The notes beneath the pieces are model-generated. The model saw nothing but the letters and a program-made list of their open reading frames with translations, ran no database searches and had not been told where the DNA came from. Positions 9,086 through 16,709 of a DNA stretch of 29,612 bases are shown piece by piece (positions within the stretch are counted from its first letter, which is position 1; every line of letters begins with the position of its first letter). This stretch comes from a virus. Lineage: Duplodnaviria; Heunggongvirae; Uroviricota; Caudoviricetes. The stretch lies in the IMG/VR virus record IMGVR_UViG_2713896904_000009, one strand, 5' to 3'. Position numbers and translations under genes: made by a program.

Positions 9086-9301
9086 TTAATCCCATAAGCT
9101 GAAAGCAGACTCCACAACCGGGATCACCCGTTCCGGCAGAATAACAGACAGACCGGAGGGATATACCGCGCCACGATCAGCCAGCCCGGGATTTGCCTCC
9201 AGAACCTGGATTATCGTGTCAGCGAGATTTTCGCTGCCATAGTGCGCGGCGCAAATCGCATCCAGCACATCACCGTCACGGGTTTGATATATCGTCGGCA
9301 T
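9086..9301 (-). CDS. tail protein X (P2 gpX-like)
   Basis: 71 aa; DGDVLDAICAAHYGS...LEANPGLADRGAVYPSGLSVILPE parallels P2 gpX (GDTLDAIC..YYG...VLAANPGLAELGAVLPHGTAVELPD) as I recall it. Confidence 0.85.
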   Translation of the reverse strand: MPTIYQTRDGDVLDAICAAHYGSENLADTIIQVLEANPGLADRGAVYPSGLSVILPERVIPVVESAFSLWD

Positions 9302-9746
9302 AGTGTTTCAGTGTCATTGTCCAGTTTTTATTACGGTGACCACCTCCCGGCAGGAACCGGTTAGTGGTGTCAGTAAAGTCAGTTACCACCCACCATCCCA
9401 GAACATCCCCTTCTCCACTGACCAGCTGCAGTGGCTTCGCCTGGTCGGCAAGAGCAAACAGGTCATTGACGGGGCCAACACCTTTTCGAAAAAAGGCATG
9501 GGATTCGCCTTCAAGTCTGACGGTACGCCCCGGCTTTCCGGTGTACTGGAGAAGATCCTGCTTACCAATGCGCTCCTGTTCGCTCCAGCGCCAGGTTGCT
9601 TCGCGGGTCAGCTGGTTATAGGCTGTCGTATCAATCGAAAAAGCAAAATCTCCCAGCATCATCATCACGCGGGTGGTTACTGCCGAACGCAGGTTTTCAG
9701 CCTGTTGCTGACCAAATTCATCAATAAAAGACATGAAATTACTCAC
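9276..9746 (-). CDS. tail protein U (P2 gpU-like)
   Basis: 156 aa; MMMLGDFAFSIDT near the N-terminus and TLKHYADD near the C-terminus match P2 gpU hallmarks; start overlaps the tape-measure stop (ATGA). Confidence 0.8.
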   Translation of the reverse strand: MSNFMSFIDEFGQQQAENLRSAVTTRVMMMLGDFAFSIDTTAYNQLTREATWRWSEQERIGKQDLLQYTGKPGRTVRLEGESHAFFRKGVGPVNDLFALADQAKPLQLVSGEGDVLGWWVVTDFTDTTNRFLPGGGHRNKNWTMTLKHYADDISNP

Positions 9747-11653
9747 CAGACCAGTCCTCCATCCGTCAGACGGTTGTCCCCGTTAAAAGCCGGATGATTT
9801 CGGGTGACCGTGGTCAGTTCATCGGCAATGGCTTTTTCATCCTGCCCGGGAGCTGCATTAATTTCGAAGTGATAATCAAACTTCCGGTTATCGATAACCT
9901 GCCTGGATGGCGGCTGTTTATCCAGTGCGTCCATTTTCTGCAGCAGGTTTTCCCAGTAGTCCCCTGTTTTGTCCTCCTGCTCTCTGGCAGAACGCGGATC
10001 CGGGGCTTGTTGTTGTCGTGAAGAAAATGTGAATTCCGGTAGAACAGCAGGAAAGACGGGAGGTAACACATCTTTATTCCAGGCTTCGGTATTGTTCTCC
10101 GTCATTGCCGGAACGTAATGCATAAATGTGTTGTTTTCTGTCGTCGTCGGAGTGGTATGAATAACTGTGTTATTTTCCGTTGTTACCGGGGGCAACGATG
10201 CAGACTCCCGCTGGTTACGCTGTAAAGCGGTATTCCAGTTTAATAAGGATTCGTGGCTTTCCGGGGTCAGATAGTGATCAACAGACTGGTTAAATGCCTC
10301 ATCATCCGAATCAAAACCAAAATAACCACGTGTCGATGTCCAGGACTGTTTCACCTTTTCCGGTAAGTCCGGATGCGCTGTTAACTGCTGTTCAAACCAT
10401 TCCCCCTGTCCACTTCGCTGCGCGGTCAGTCTGGCAAGGTCAACGGAACCACTTCTGGCGAGCGCCTTCAGCACATCACGCTGATCTTCACGCTCATCCG
10501 GTAACAGCCAGGCCAGTTTTTTAGCCAGCGCATAGACAATTTTGCCAACAAAAACCACGCCCTGACCAAAGCTCAACACCCCGGGATAAAGATCGTTACG
10601 CAGGAAAGTGACAATACGCCTGACGCCGCCCCCTTTAAACCAGTCTGCCAAATCGTCCGTTAATCGCCGGATATCAGGTGCCAGCTCATTACCCAGTTGC
10701 CCGGAAATCTCCGCCACCGCCGAAGAGAACACCGTGCGCAGATTACTGATAGCCTGATTACCGGCAATCGCACCTTCTGCCCCCTCCCGGGTCACCAGGT
10801 TATAACGACGCTGCTCGTCCATCAGCTCCCGGTAGCTTCTGCCCGACTGTTTGATCAGCATCAGCAGCTTACTGGCCTCCCCGCCAAAAAGAGAGTCCAG
10901 CGCAAAAGATGCTTTTGCCTCATCCTGGAGACTGAGCGCCCGCTCAACAATTTTATCGAACTGCGCCATATCACTGAGCCCGGCAAAATCGCCCTCTTTA
11001 AACCCCAGCGTTTCAAAGGCATCCTGAAGAGAGCCCTGTTTCCCGTTTTGCTTATACTCACCCGCTTTGTGCAGATACTCCTCAAAAAGGTCACCAATAT
11101 TTTCGGCATTCATATCGTACTGCCGGGCCAGGGAGTCCCACGCACTGAAGGTGGCGACATCCACACCGTAGCTTTTCGCCACACTGGCGCGGGTGGCAGT
11201 TTCAGCATTCGTTGCTGCCGGGGCGATAAGCGTGCCGAGCGCTGAGGCCACCACACCACCGCCACCAAATGCCAGTCCGGTACCGAACATACCTCCGACC
11301 TGACCGGCAATCCCCAGACCACGCCGGAACAATCCCTTCCCGGCACCTTTGAATGCCTCAATCCGCTGTGCTTTTTGCATCTGGACATTCAGTTTCTGCT
11401 GCTCTGCCTCTGCCTTGCGGATCTCTCTGGAAACTTCGCTATAACGGCGTTTCAAATTTCCCAGACTTTCACCTGCCAGTTTCGCGCGTTTAATTTCAGC
11501 AGCCAGTTTTGTCTGCTCCTTTGTCAGACGTTCTGAACGTTTCCCGACATCATTCAGGCTCTTTTGTAAACCGTCAGCCGATCGCTTCCATGAACTGTCC
11601 AGGTTACCGCCAAACGTGATAACGGCTTTAAGATTCTGGCTTATTCCGCCCAC
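9743..11653 (-). CDS. tail tape measure protein
   Basis: 636 aa; N-terminal coiled-coil-rich, Gly-rich segment GLGIAGQVGGMFGTGLAFGGGGVVASALGTLIAPAA, located between tail chaperone and gpU-like genes. Confidence 0.8.
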   Translation of the reverse strand: MGGISQNLKAVITFGGNLDSSWKRSADGLQKSLNDVGKRSERLTKEQTKLAAEIKRAKLAGESLGNLKRRYSEVSREIRKAEAEQQKLNVQMQKAQRIEAFKGAGKGLFRRGLGIAGQVGGMFGTGLAFGGGGVVASALGTLIAPAATNAETATRASVAKSYGVDVATFSAWDSLARQYDMNAENIGDLFEEYLHKAGEYKQNGKQGSLQDAFETLGFKEGDFAGLSDMAQFDKIVERALSLQDEAKASFALDSLFGGEASKLLMLIKQSGRSYRELMDEQRRYNLVTREGAEGAIAGNQAISNLRTVFSSAVAEISGQLGNELAPDIRRLTDDLADWFKGGGVRRIVTFLRNDLYPGVLSFGQGVVFVGKIVYALAKKLAWLLPDEREDQRDVLKALARSGSVDLARLTAQRSGQGEWFEQQLTAHPDLPEKVKQSWTSTRGYFGFDSDDEAFNQSVDHYLTPESHESLLNWNTALQRNQRESASLPPVTTENNTVIHTTPTTTENNTFMHYVPAMTENNTEAWNKDVLPPVFPAVLPEFTFSSRQQQAPDPRSAREQEDKTGDYWENLLQKMDALDKQPPSRQVIDNRKFDYHFEINAAPGQDEKAIADELTTVTRNHPAFNGDNRLTDGGLVW

Positions 11654-11755
11654 GGTTCATCGTCTCCAGTTCATCAGTAAGAAAATCAGAGAAAGTGCTG
11701 AACGGCATATCCAGATAGTCCGACATAGGAAAATGCAGTCGCCGTCCAAGGAGTT

Positions 11756-12067
11756 TTATCGCCCGGAGGAGGTGTCTTTCGGACGCTTCGCGGGCGGTAG
11801 CATAAAAACATTGAAGGCATCCAGCAGTTGCGCATAGTCTGCAGCCGTCAGTTGCCAGATGTCCTTTTCACTGAGGTTGCACAACAGCGCAATCATCCGG
11901 GCTTCTTTTTCTTCTTCATTACCGCGATCTTTGGCATGAGCAATACGATCGCGCACCAGCGGTTCACGCATCGTCACTTCCTCAAGGATCACGCCACCCT
12001 CCAGAGTGACAGGGGAAAACAATCGGATAACGCGGGTTTCACCGGGAAAAGGCATAATCACCTCCAT
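11756..12067 (-). CDS. tail assembly chaperone (P2 gpE-like; possible frameshift partner downstream)
   Basis: 103-aa acidic ORF immediately upstream of the tape measure gene, a conserved position; about 100 nt with open alternative frames separate it from the tape-measure start. Confidence 0.6.
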   Translation of the reverse strand: MEVIMPFPGETRVIRLFSPVTLEGGVILEEVTMREPLVRDRIAHAKDRGNEEEKEARMIALLCNLSEKDIWQLTAADYAQLLDAFNVFMLPPAKRPKDTSSGR

Positions 12068-12068
12068 T

Positions 12069-12089
12069 AAAAAACGGCCCGCAGGCCGT
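12069..12089 (-). terminator. rho-independent terminator-like hairpin after the tail tube gene
   Basis: Minus-strand ACGGCC-TGCG-GGCCGT stem-loop followed by TTTTT, between the tube stop (12114) and chaperone start (12067). Confidence 0.5.
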
Positions 12090-12113
12090 CAGGTAGTTAA
12101 AGAACGGGAATAA

Positions 12114-12620
12114 TCAGAGACGAACTTTTGCCGCCAGACCCGATAACATATCGACACCATTCACCCGGCGGGAAAAGCGCTCGGTATCAATGGCAAACAG
12201 TTCACGACCATCCAGCGTCTGTCGGTAATAACTGACCGCAATATCGACCGTGATGGCATTTTCAGAAAGATTATCCTTACCCCGCGCATCCGGCGTGACA
12301 GCCTGAATAAACCCTTCAATTTCCTCAACAGTACCGCGAGCAGTACCGTTGCCGAGATACCCCTGGTAGGCCGTAAAGCGGGAACGACTGCCACTGACAA
12401 ATCCAAAGCTGGCCAGCATATCCGTGTCCAGACCGTAAAATTTCACCTGACAGGTCAGTGCTTCCATCCCGTCATCCACGGGCGTGGGTGCATCCTGGGC
12501 ACCAGTTCGCAGGTCAGTTTTCACGATTGTCAGCGATGGCGGCGTAAACTCATGCGCCCCCTGAATACGGATCCCCTGCCGGAAGAAAGTCCAGGCACGT
12601 AGTGTATTTTTATCGCTCAT
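12114..12620 (-). CDS. contractile tail tube protein (P2 FII-like)
   Basis: 168 aa starting MSDKNTLRAW, directly downstream of the sheath gene with ATGA-type coupling. Confidence 0.75.
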   Translation of the reverse strand: MSDKNTLRAWTFFRQGIRIQGAHEFTPPSLTIVKTDLRTGAQDAPTPVDDGMEALTCQVKFYGLDTDMLASFGFVSGSRSRFTAYQGYLGNGTARGTVEEIEGFIQAVTPDARGKDNLSENAITVDIAVSYYRQTLDGRELFAIDTERFSRRVNGVDMLSGLAAKVRL

Positions 12621-14086
12621 GCTGCCAGCATCTCCTCAAGCGCATAGTTATTATTCACCCGGACGCGCAGACTGATAAGTTCAGTCGGCGATTTCGGTCC
12701 AAAGTCATAGTTGATATACAGGACACCTGCCGCCATGCTCTCTGCGGTATTAAGTTCTTCATCCAGCCAGGCCCGACCGCCGAAGATGGCGCCCAGTCCG
12801 ACCAGTTGTCGCATATAGGCATTAATGGTGCCGATAATGTCATCGGCATTTTCGCGATCCAGCGGACGGTCAACATACTCCAGCATGGTTTCCTGAATGC
12901 TGTCCTCGATAACATCTGCTGTACGTCGTACGGATTCAAAACGCCACTGCGGATCGGTTGCGCACAGACGGTTTCCCCAGTGTTTAAAGCCCGCACGACG
13001 GATAATGGTGGATACGTTCTGCATGTTGAGCAGGTTCGCATCGCAGTTTTCATCCCCGAGAATAAATTCGTCGATCTGCTCCACTCCGAGGATATTGTTG
13101 ATGTCCTGGTTCGATTTGCTCCACCACCAGCCCTTTTCGTAGTCGATACGGGCACGTAATCCGGCGGCAAAAGCAGAGTAAGGGCGATACACTAACTGGC
13201 CATCCGCATCGGCAGCCTGAACACGCGGTCGCAACAGTTCAGTACGGGCACCATAGGACTGACGGCGCTGTACCACCTCCTGCAACGTTGCTCCGGAAGC
13301 ACAGTCAACATAGGCCACCGCACGTAATTTTCCGGCCACCGTTTCCAGGGCTTTCCCGACCGCATCGTCCTCACTGAATCCCGGCGCAATCACAATACGT
13401 GGCTGATACGTGGTAATGGATTTTGCTGATGACAGAAGCCCAATCCCTTTCAGTATGGCTGCCCGTTTTTTTGCCCCGTCAGTTTCATCAGCCACCCGCA
13501 CCACCACTGTCAGCGCATTACGCTGATCATTAATCTCTGTCAGCGCCTGTTTGAGAGTCCCCTTGTCTCCCAGACGATTAATGAGCGCGGTGCCCGCCAC
13601 AGCCACAGGCGTATTTAACGGAAAAGGCTCATCTTCGCCCCCTTCCAGCTTTACACTGAACGTTGCCAACAGCCCCTCGCCACTGCCTTCGGCCTGAACT
13701 TTGACGCCATCCAGCGCATTGACCACACTGACCACATCAGCAGGTCGCGCCGTGATCACCCCCTGCTCATCACAGCCCAGTGTCACCGTCAGTTTATGCG
13801 TAACGTCATCCCAGGATGCCGATGTGTTAACAGCCTGCGGGCTTTCCGTATCTGGTACCGCCGCCACCGCGTCCACCTGGATAACATTGCCAGCCCGGCC
13901 CCTCTCCTTTGCTGTGAAGTTCAGAACGTTATCCAGAATCGGCGTCCCGGTGGTGACCGCTGCCGCACTCCCGGCAGACGACTCCGGTGCCGTGCCCACC
14001 AGACCGATAATAGCCGTCTGGATAGTGGTCACCGCCACAGTTCCCGAGGTCAGTTCAATTGTTTCAACACCATGTAACTGAGACAT
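12617..14086 (-). CDS. contractile tail sheath protein (P2 FI / Mu L-like)
   Basis: About 489 aa from ATG 14086 (RBS GGAG 8 nt upstream; MSQLHGVETIELTSG...), directly followed by the tube gene. Confidence 0.8.
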   Translation of the reverse strand: MSQLHGVETIELTSGTVAVTTIQTAIIGLVGTAPESSAGSAAAVTTGTPILDNVLNFTAKERGRAGNVIQVDAVAAVPDTESPQAVNTSASWDDVTHKLTVTLGCDEQGVITARPADVVSVVNALDGVKVQAEGSGEGLLATFSVKLEGGEDEPFPLNTPVAVAGTALINRLGDKGTLKQALTEINDQRNALTVVVRVADETDGAKKRAAILKGIGLLSSAKSITTYQPRIVIAPGFSEDDAVGKALETVAGKLRAVAYVDCASGATLQEVVQRRQSYGARTELLRPRVQAADADGQLVYRPYSAFAAGLRARIDYEKGWWWSKSNQDINNILGVEQIDEFILGDENCDANLLNMQNVSTIIRRAGFKHWGNRLCATDPQWRFESVRRTADVIEDSIQETMLEYVDRPLDRENADDIIGTINAYMRQLVGLGAIFGGRAWLDEELNTAESMAAGVLYINYDFGPKSPTELISLRVRVNNNYALEEMLAA

Positions 14087-14100
14087 GTCTTTCTCCAGCC

Positions 14101-14123
14101 ATAAAAAAACCTGCCGCAGCAGG
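14101..14123 (-). terminator. terminator-like hairpin between the gpV-like and sheath genes
   Basis: Minus-strand CCTGC-TGCG-GCAGG followed by TTTTTTT, immediately upstream of the sheath RBS. Confidence 0.4.
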
Positions 14124-14741
14124 TCACATTTTCTGATTAGGTTTATCCGTACTCCCGCCACTGTCGCCGGGGTGGTTGTGCTCGTTAAAGATGTTGCGGA
14201 TCCCGCTCATACTGCCGGTTTTGTCGGTAATTTCTGCAGAGGCACCAATATTACCCTTCACCGTCGTATCGGCGTTAATCTGCGTTTTCCCCTGTACAGT
14301 CAGGGTATCGGTGATTTCAACCGGACCATCAAGCGTACCCTTACCGGTGATTTTGTAAGTGCCTCCTTCGGTCAGGGTGATCGTCAGGGCATGAGCTGCC
14401 CGGTCATACCGGATCTCTGTGCCGTCGCTGTAACGGGTAATATGTTCGCTGTCGCTGCCCTCCGGCACGGGTAATTTCCCGGTGTTCCAGCCAGGAAACA
14501 CCCGCCCGTTGTTTAACTCTCCGGCCTCCGACAACACTGTCACCGCATCACCGACGGCATAAGGATTCGAATCAGCCCGGTTTGCGCCAGAAAAACCCTG
14601 ACACAGCGGCAGCCAGGTCGTGATGATATCGCCCAGATCAACCCGGCATTTGGGGATACCATCATGCCGGACAGAATGAATCACACCGCGTCGTACCAGA
14701 TTTGCCAGTCTGCGTTGCAAATCCCCTGTAATGTCACTCAT
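14124..14741 (-). CDS. baseplate spike / assembly protein V (P2 gpV-like)
   Basis: 205 aa from ATG 14741; N-terminal OB-like pattern (GVIHSV..DGIPKCRVDLGDIITTWLP...AVGDAVTVL...GRVFPG) and C-terminal beta-helix-like repeats ending in HNHPGDSGG, which I take to be an apical HxH metal-binding motif. Confidence 0.65.
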   Translation of the reverse strand: MSDITGDLQRRLANLVRRGVIHSVRHDGIPKCRVDLGDIITTWLPLCQGFSGANRADSNPYAVGDAVTVLSEAGELNNGRVFPGWNTGKLPVPEGSDSEHITRYSDGTEIRYDRAAHALTITLTEGGTYKITGKGTLDGPVEITDTLTVQGKTQINADTTVKGNIGASAEITDKTGSMSGIRNIFNEHNHPGDSGGSTDKPNQKM

Positions 14742-15285
14742 CAGCTCCCGCCTCCAGGATAAGGTAATAGTCGTCCACATGCTGCCGCCCTGTATCCGGT
14801 GCTACTCCCAGCCAGACCTGACTCAGTGGCATAGCGGTGCGGGCGAACGGATCCACGCCAAAAGCCGCCTCCTGGGTAAACGACACACGCCACACCAGGT
14901 AGTCATCCATGCGAGGATCAAATTCGTCACGCTCTGCAGCAGTGAATACGGCGGGTGAAATGTGAGTCAGACCAAACTGTTGCCCGTCAATCCACTGCGT
15001 AATATCTGCTGCCGCTGTTCGCAGGAAGATTTCCGGACAACTGAGACCAGACGCGGCATCAACCACCACATAAAGATCGCACGAGAGTTCAACATTGAGT
15101 TGCCCCTCATTGCCGCCGCTCTGCTCCCAGCTGTTAATCGTGAAATACACGGCAGGTGTCACCAGCCCGGTGAAACGGGGAATATTTTTTTCAGGATAAG
15201 CTCCGGCATCACTTACCCACGTTATCTGCTTTAGCGCACTGATAACCGCATCGTGGTATCGGGCCAGAGATAAAGGTTCAGCCAT
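14734..15285 (-). CDS. hypothetical phage structural protein (head-tail joining or tail completion region)
   Basis: 183-aa ORF with tight coupling to neighbours in the structural operon; no motif recognised. Confidence 0.5.
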   Translation of the reverse strand: MAEPLSLARYHDAVISALKQITWVSDAGAYPEKNIPRFTGLVTPAVYFTINSWEQSGGNEGQLNVELSCDLYVVVDAASGLSCPEIFLRTAAADITQWIDGQQFGLTHISPAVFTAAERDEFDPRMDDYLVWRVSFTQEAAFGVDPFARTAMPLSQVWLGVAPDTGRQHVDDYYLILEAGADE

Positions 15286-15295
15286 TGTGATGACC

Positions 15296-15952
15296 TCATA
15301 CAGATATCCTGGCTTTCACCCGCCCACGGATATCTGTTTCAAAATGGTGCATGAAAATGTCCATTGCTTCGGCAAAGGCGTTATCTTCAATGTAATTGAG
15401 CATCGGTTCGTAAATATCCACCTCCGCTTCCCGGGTACGCCGGGTTTGCGGATCACGAATAACCACCGTTCGTCGGTTCTCTCGTTTTGAGCGGGCGACT
15501 TCGCCATTTTCGAAGGTCAGTGTCGAAAGCAGACTGCCTTTAGGCGTAAACCCGGCATTTTTTACCTGCCGACGAGCTTTGATAAAACGCCCCGTGGATT
15601 TATCCCGCAGGGTATGGCGTGGGCGTAGCCGCCCGTTAATTCGCCCTTTCAGGTCTTTAACCTTAATGGCGTTGAGACCAAACCAGAGCCTGAAATTATC
15701 CAGCCGGGAGCCTCTGTCGAGGCGAAAAGAGAGCAGACGGCGGCGTACCAGCCCGATACTGCGCGGCGCCAGCCCGTCTTTCAGATCAGCCAGCGCTTTT
15801 TTGCGCAGGGTGGCAGCAGTTCGTCTGAGCGCCCGGGAGTAGGCTGCCCGAAACTGTTTTTGTGTGGCACCGATACTGTCCGCAATCTGCCAGATAGCAT
15901 CCACATCAATATCGACCGGTAAATCCCGTCGCAGTCTGGATCCTCGCGCCAT
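15296..15952 (-). CDS. hypothetical phage structural/morphogenesis protein (Arg-rich)
   Basis: About 219 aa from ATG 15952 (MARGSRLRRD...), 2 nt after the preceding stop; highly basic. Confidence 0.5.
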   Translation of the reverse strand: MARGSRLRRDLPVDIDVDAIWQIADSIGATQKQFRAAYSRALRRTAATLRKKALADLKDGLAPRSIGLVRRRLLSFRLDRGSRLDNFRLWFGLNAIKVKDLKGRINGRLRPRHTLRDKSTGRFIKARRQVKNAGFTPKGSLLSTLTFENGEVARSKRENRRTVVIRDPQTRRTREAEVDIYEPMLNYIEDNAFAEAMDIFMHHFETDIRGRVKARISV

Positions 15953-15953
15953 A

Positions 15954-16310
15954 TCAGCTCCATTGTTCAATCGGTGGCTGAACGTTTCCCGGTGCGCCAT
16001 ACGCCAGCGTGACACGGGTGCGCCCGGCTTCGTTCGCACCGACATGCGTTACCCGGTAGCGAATATTGTTCACCAGCACCTCATCATGCCTGGACAGTCC
16101 GACAATATCCGCCGTCATCGCACTGAATGCCGGGGCGTGATTGCTGATTTCTCCGCCGCCCGGAACACTGACCGGAGCATCCGGCGTTTCAAAAATCACA
16201 TTCACCTGACGACATTCATTACCGATGTACAACACTGCGGGGTATGGTTGCGCAAAAAGTCGCGTTATGCGGGCCTCTGCCCGCATCAGCCGTTCATGGA
16301 AATTGCCCAT
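15954..16310 (-). CDS. hypothetical head-tail connector/adaptor protein
   Basis: About 117 aa from ATG 16310 (MGNFHERLMRAEARITRLF...), ATGA overlap with the upstream gene. Confidence 0.5.
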   Translation of the reverse strand: MGNFHERLMRAEARITRLFAQPYPAVLYIGNECRQVNVIFETPDAPVSVPGGGEISNHAPAFSAMTADIVGLSRHDEVLVNNIRYRVTHVGANEAGRTRVTLAYGAPGNVQPPIEQWS

Positions 16311-16639
16311 CAGTAACCGAGACGCACACACACGGTAGCATCGCTGGTTTCTGCCGCTGCCCATACGGTTCCCACCAGCGCATTGCCCGATTCTGTTGCT
16401 GTCAGCGTGGCAGTATCAGACCTGAGATATACCCGTTTTCCCTGTGTCAGTTCCTCTGCTTCTTTGGGTAATGCAAAAATCCCCGTGGTATGCAAAACAC
16501 CTGTTCCATCCTGCGGAATATCCGCATGCGCCACCCCGATCAGATTTTCTTTAACGACCAGTTCACCGGATAAAACGGTTTTACCGCTATCGTTCACCCA
16601 TTCAACGGTTGTACCGTCCTGAACGTAATTTTTTGACAT
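16310..16639 (-). CDS. hypothetical capsid-associated protein
   Basis: 109 aa from ATG 16639 with RBS GGAGG (MSKNYVQDGTTVEWVNDSGKTV...), immediately after the capsid gene and its terminator. Confidence 0.55.
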   Translation of the reverse strand: MSKNYVQDGTTVEWVNDSGKTVLSGELVVKENLIGVAHADIPQDGTGVLHTTGIFALPKEAEELTQGKRVYLRSDTATLTATESGNALVGTVWAAAETSDATVCVRLGY

Positions 16640-16680
16640 TTTTACCTCCGTATAAGCGGCTCCCGACGGTGCCGCCTGAG

Positions 16681-16705
16681 TAAAAAAAACCGCCTGACGC
16701 GGCGG
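16681..16705 (-). terminator. rho-independent terminator-like hairpin after the major capsid gene
   Basis: Minus-strand CCGCC-GCGTCA-GGCGG followed by TTTTTTTT, 5 nt after the capsid stop codon. Confidence 0.5.
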
Positions 16706-16709
16706 TGTA

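Noticed and set aside
10294-11388. ORFs overlapping the tape-measure gene (10294-10524, 10697-11245, 10861-11109, 11110-11388)
   Set aside because: Entirely nested in the tape-measure reading frame region, with no independent start signals.
12602-14081. ORFs overlapping the tail sheath gene (12602-13159, 12655-13170, 12897-13142, 13701-14081, 13796-14077)
   Set aside because: Alternative-frame or opposite-strand shadows of the sheath gene; no support as separate genes.
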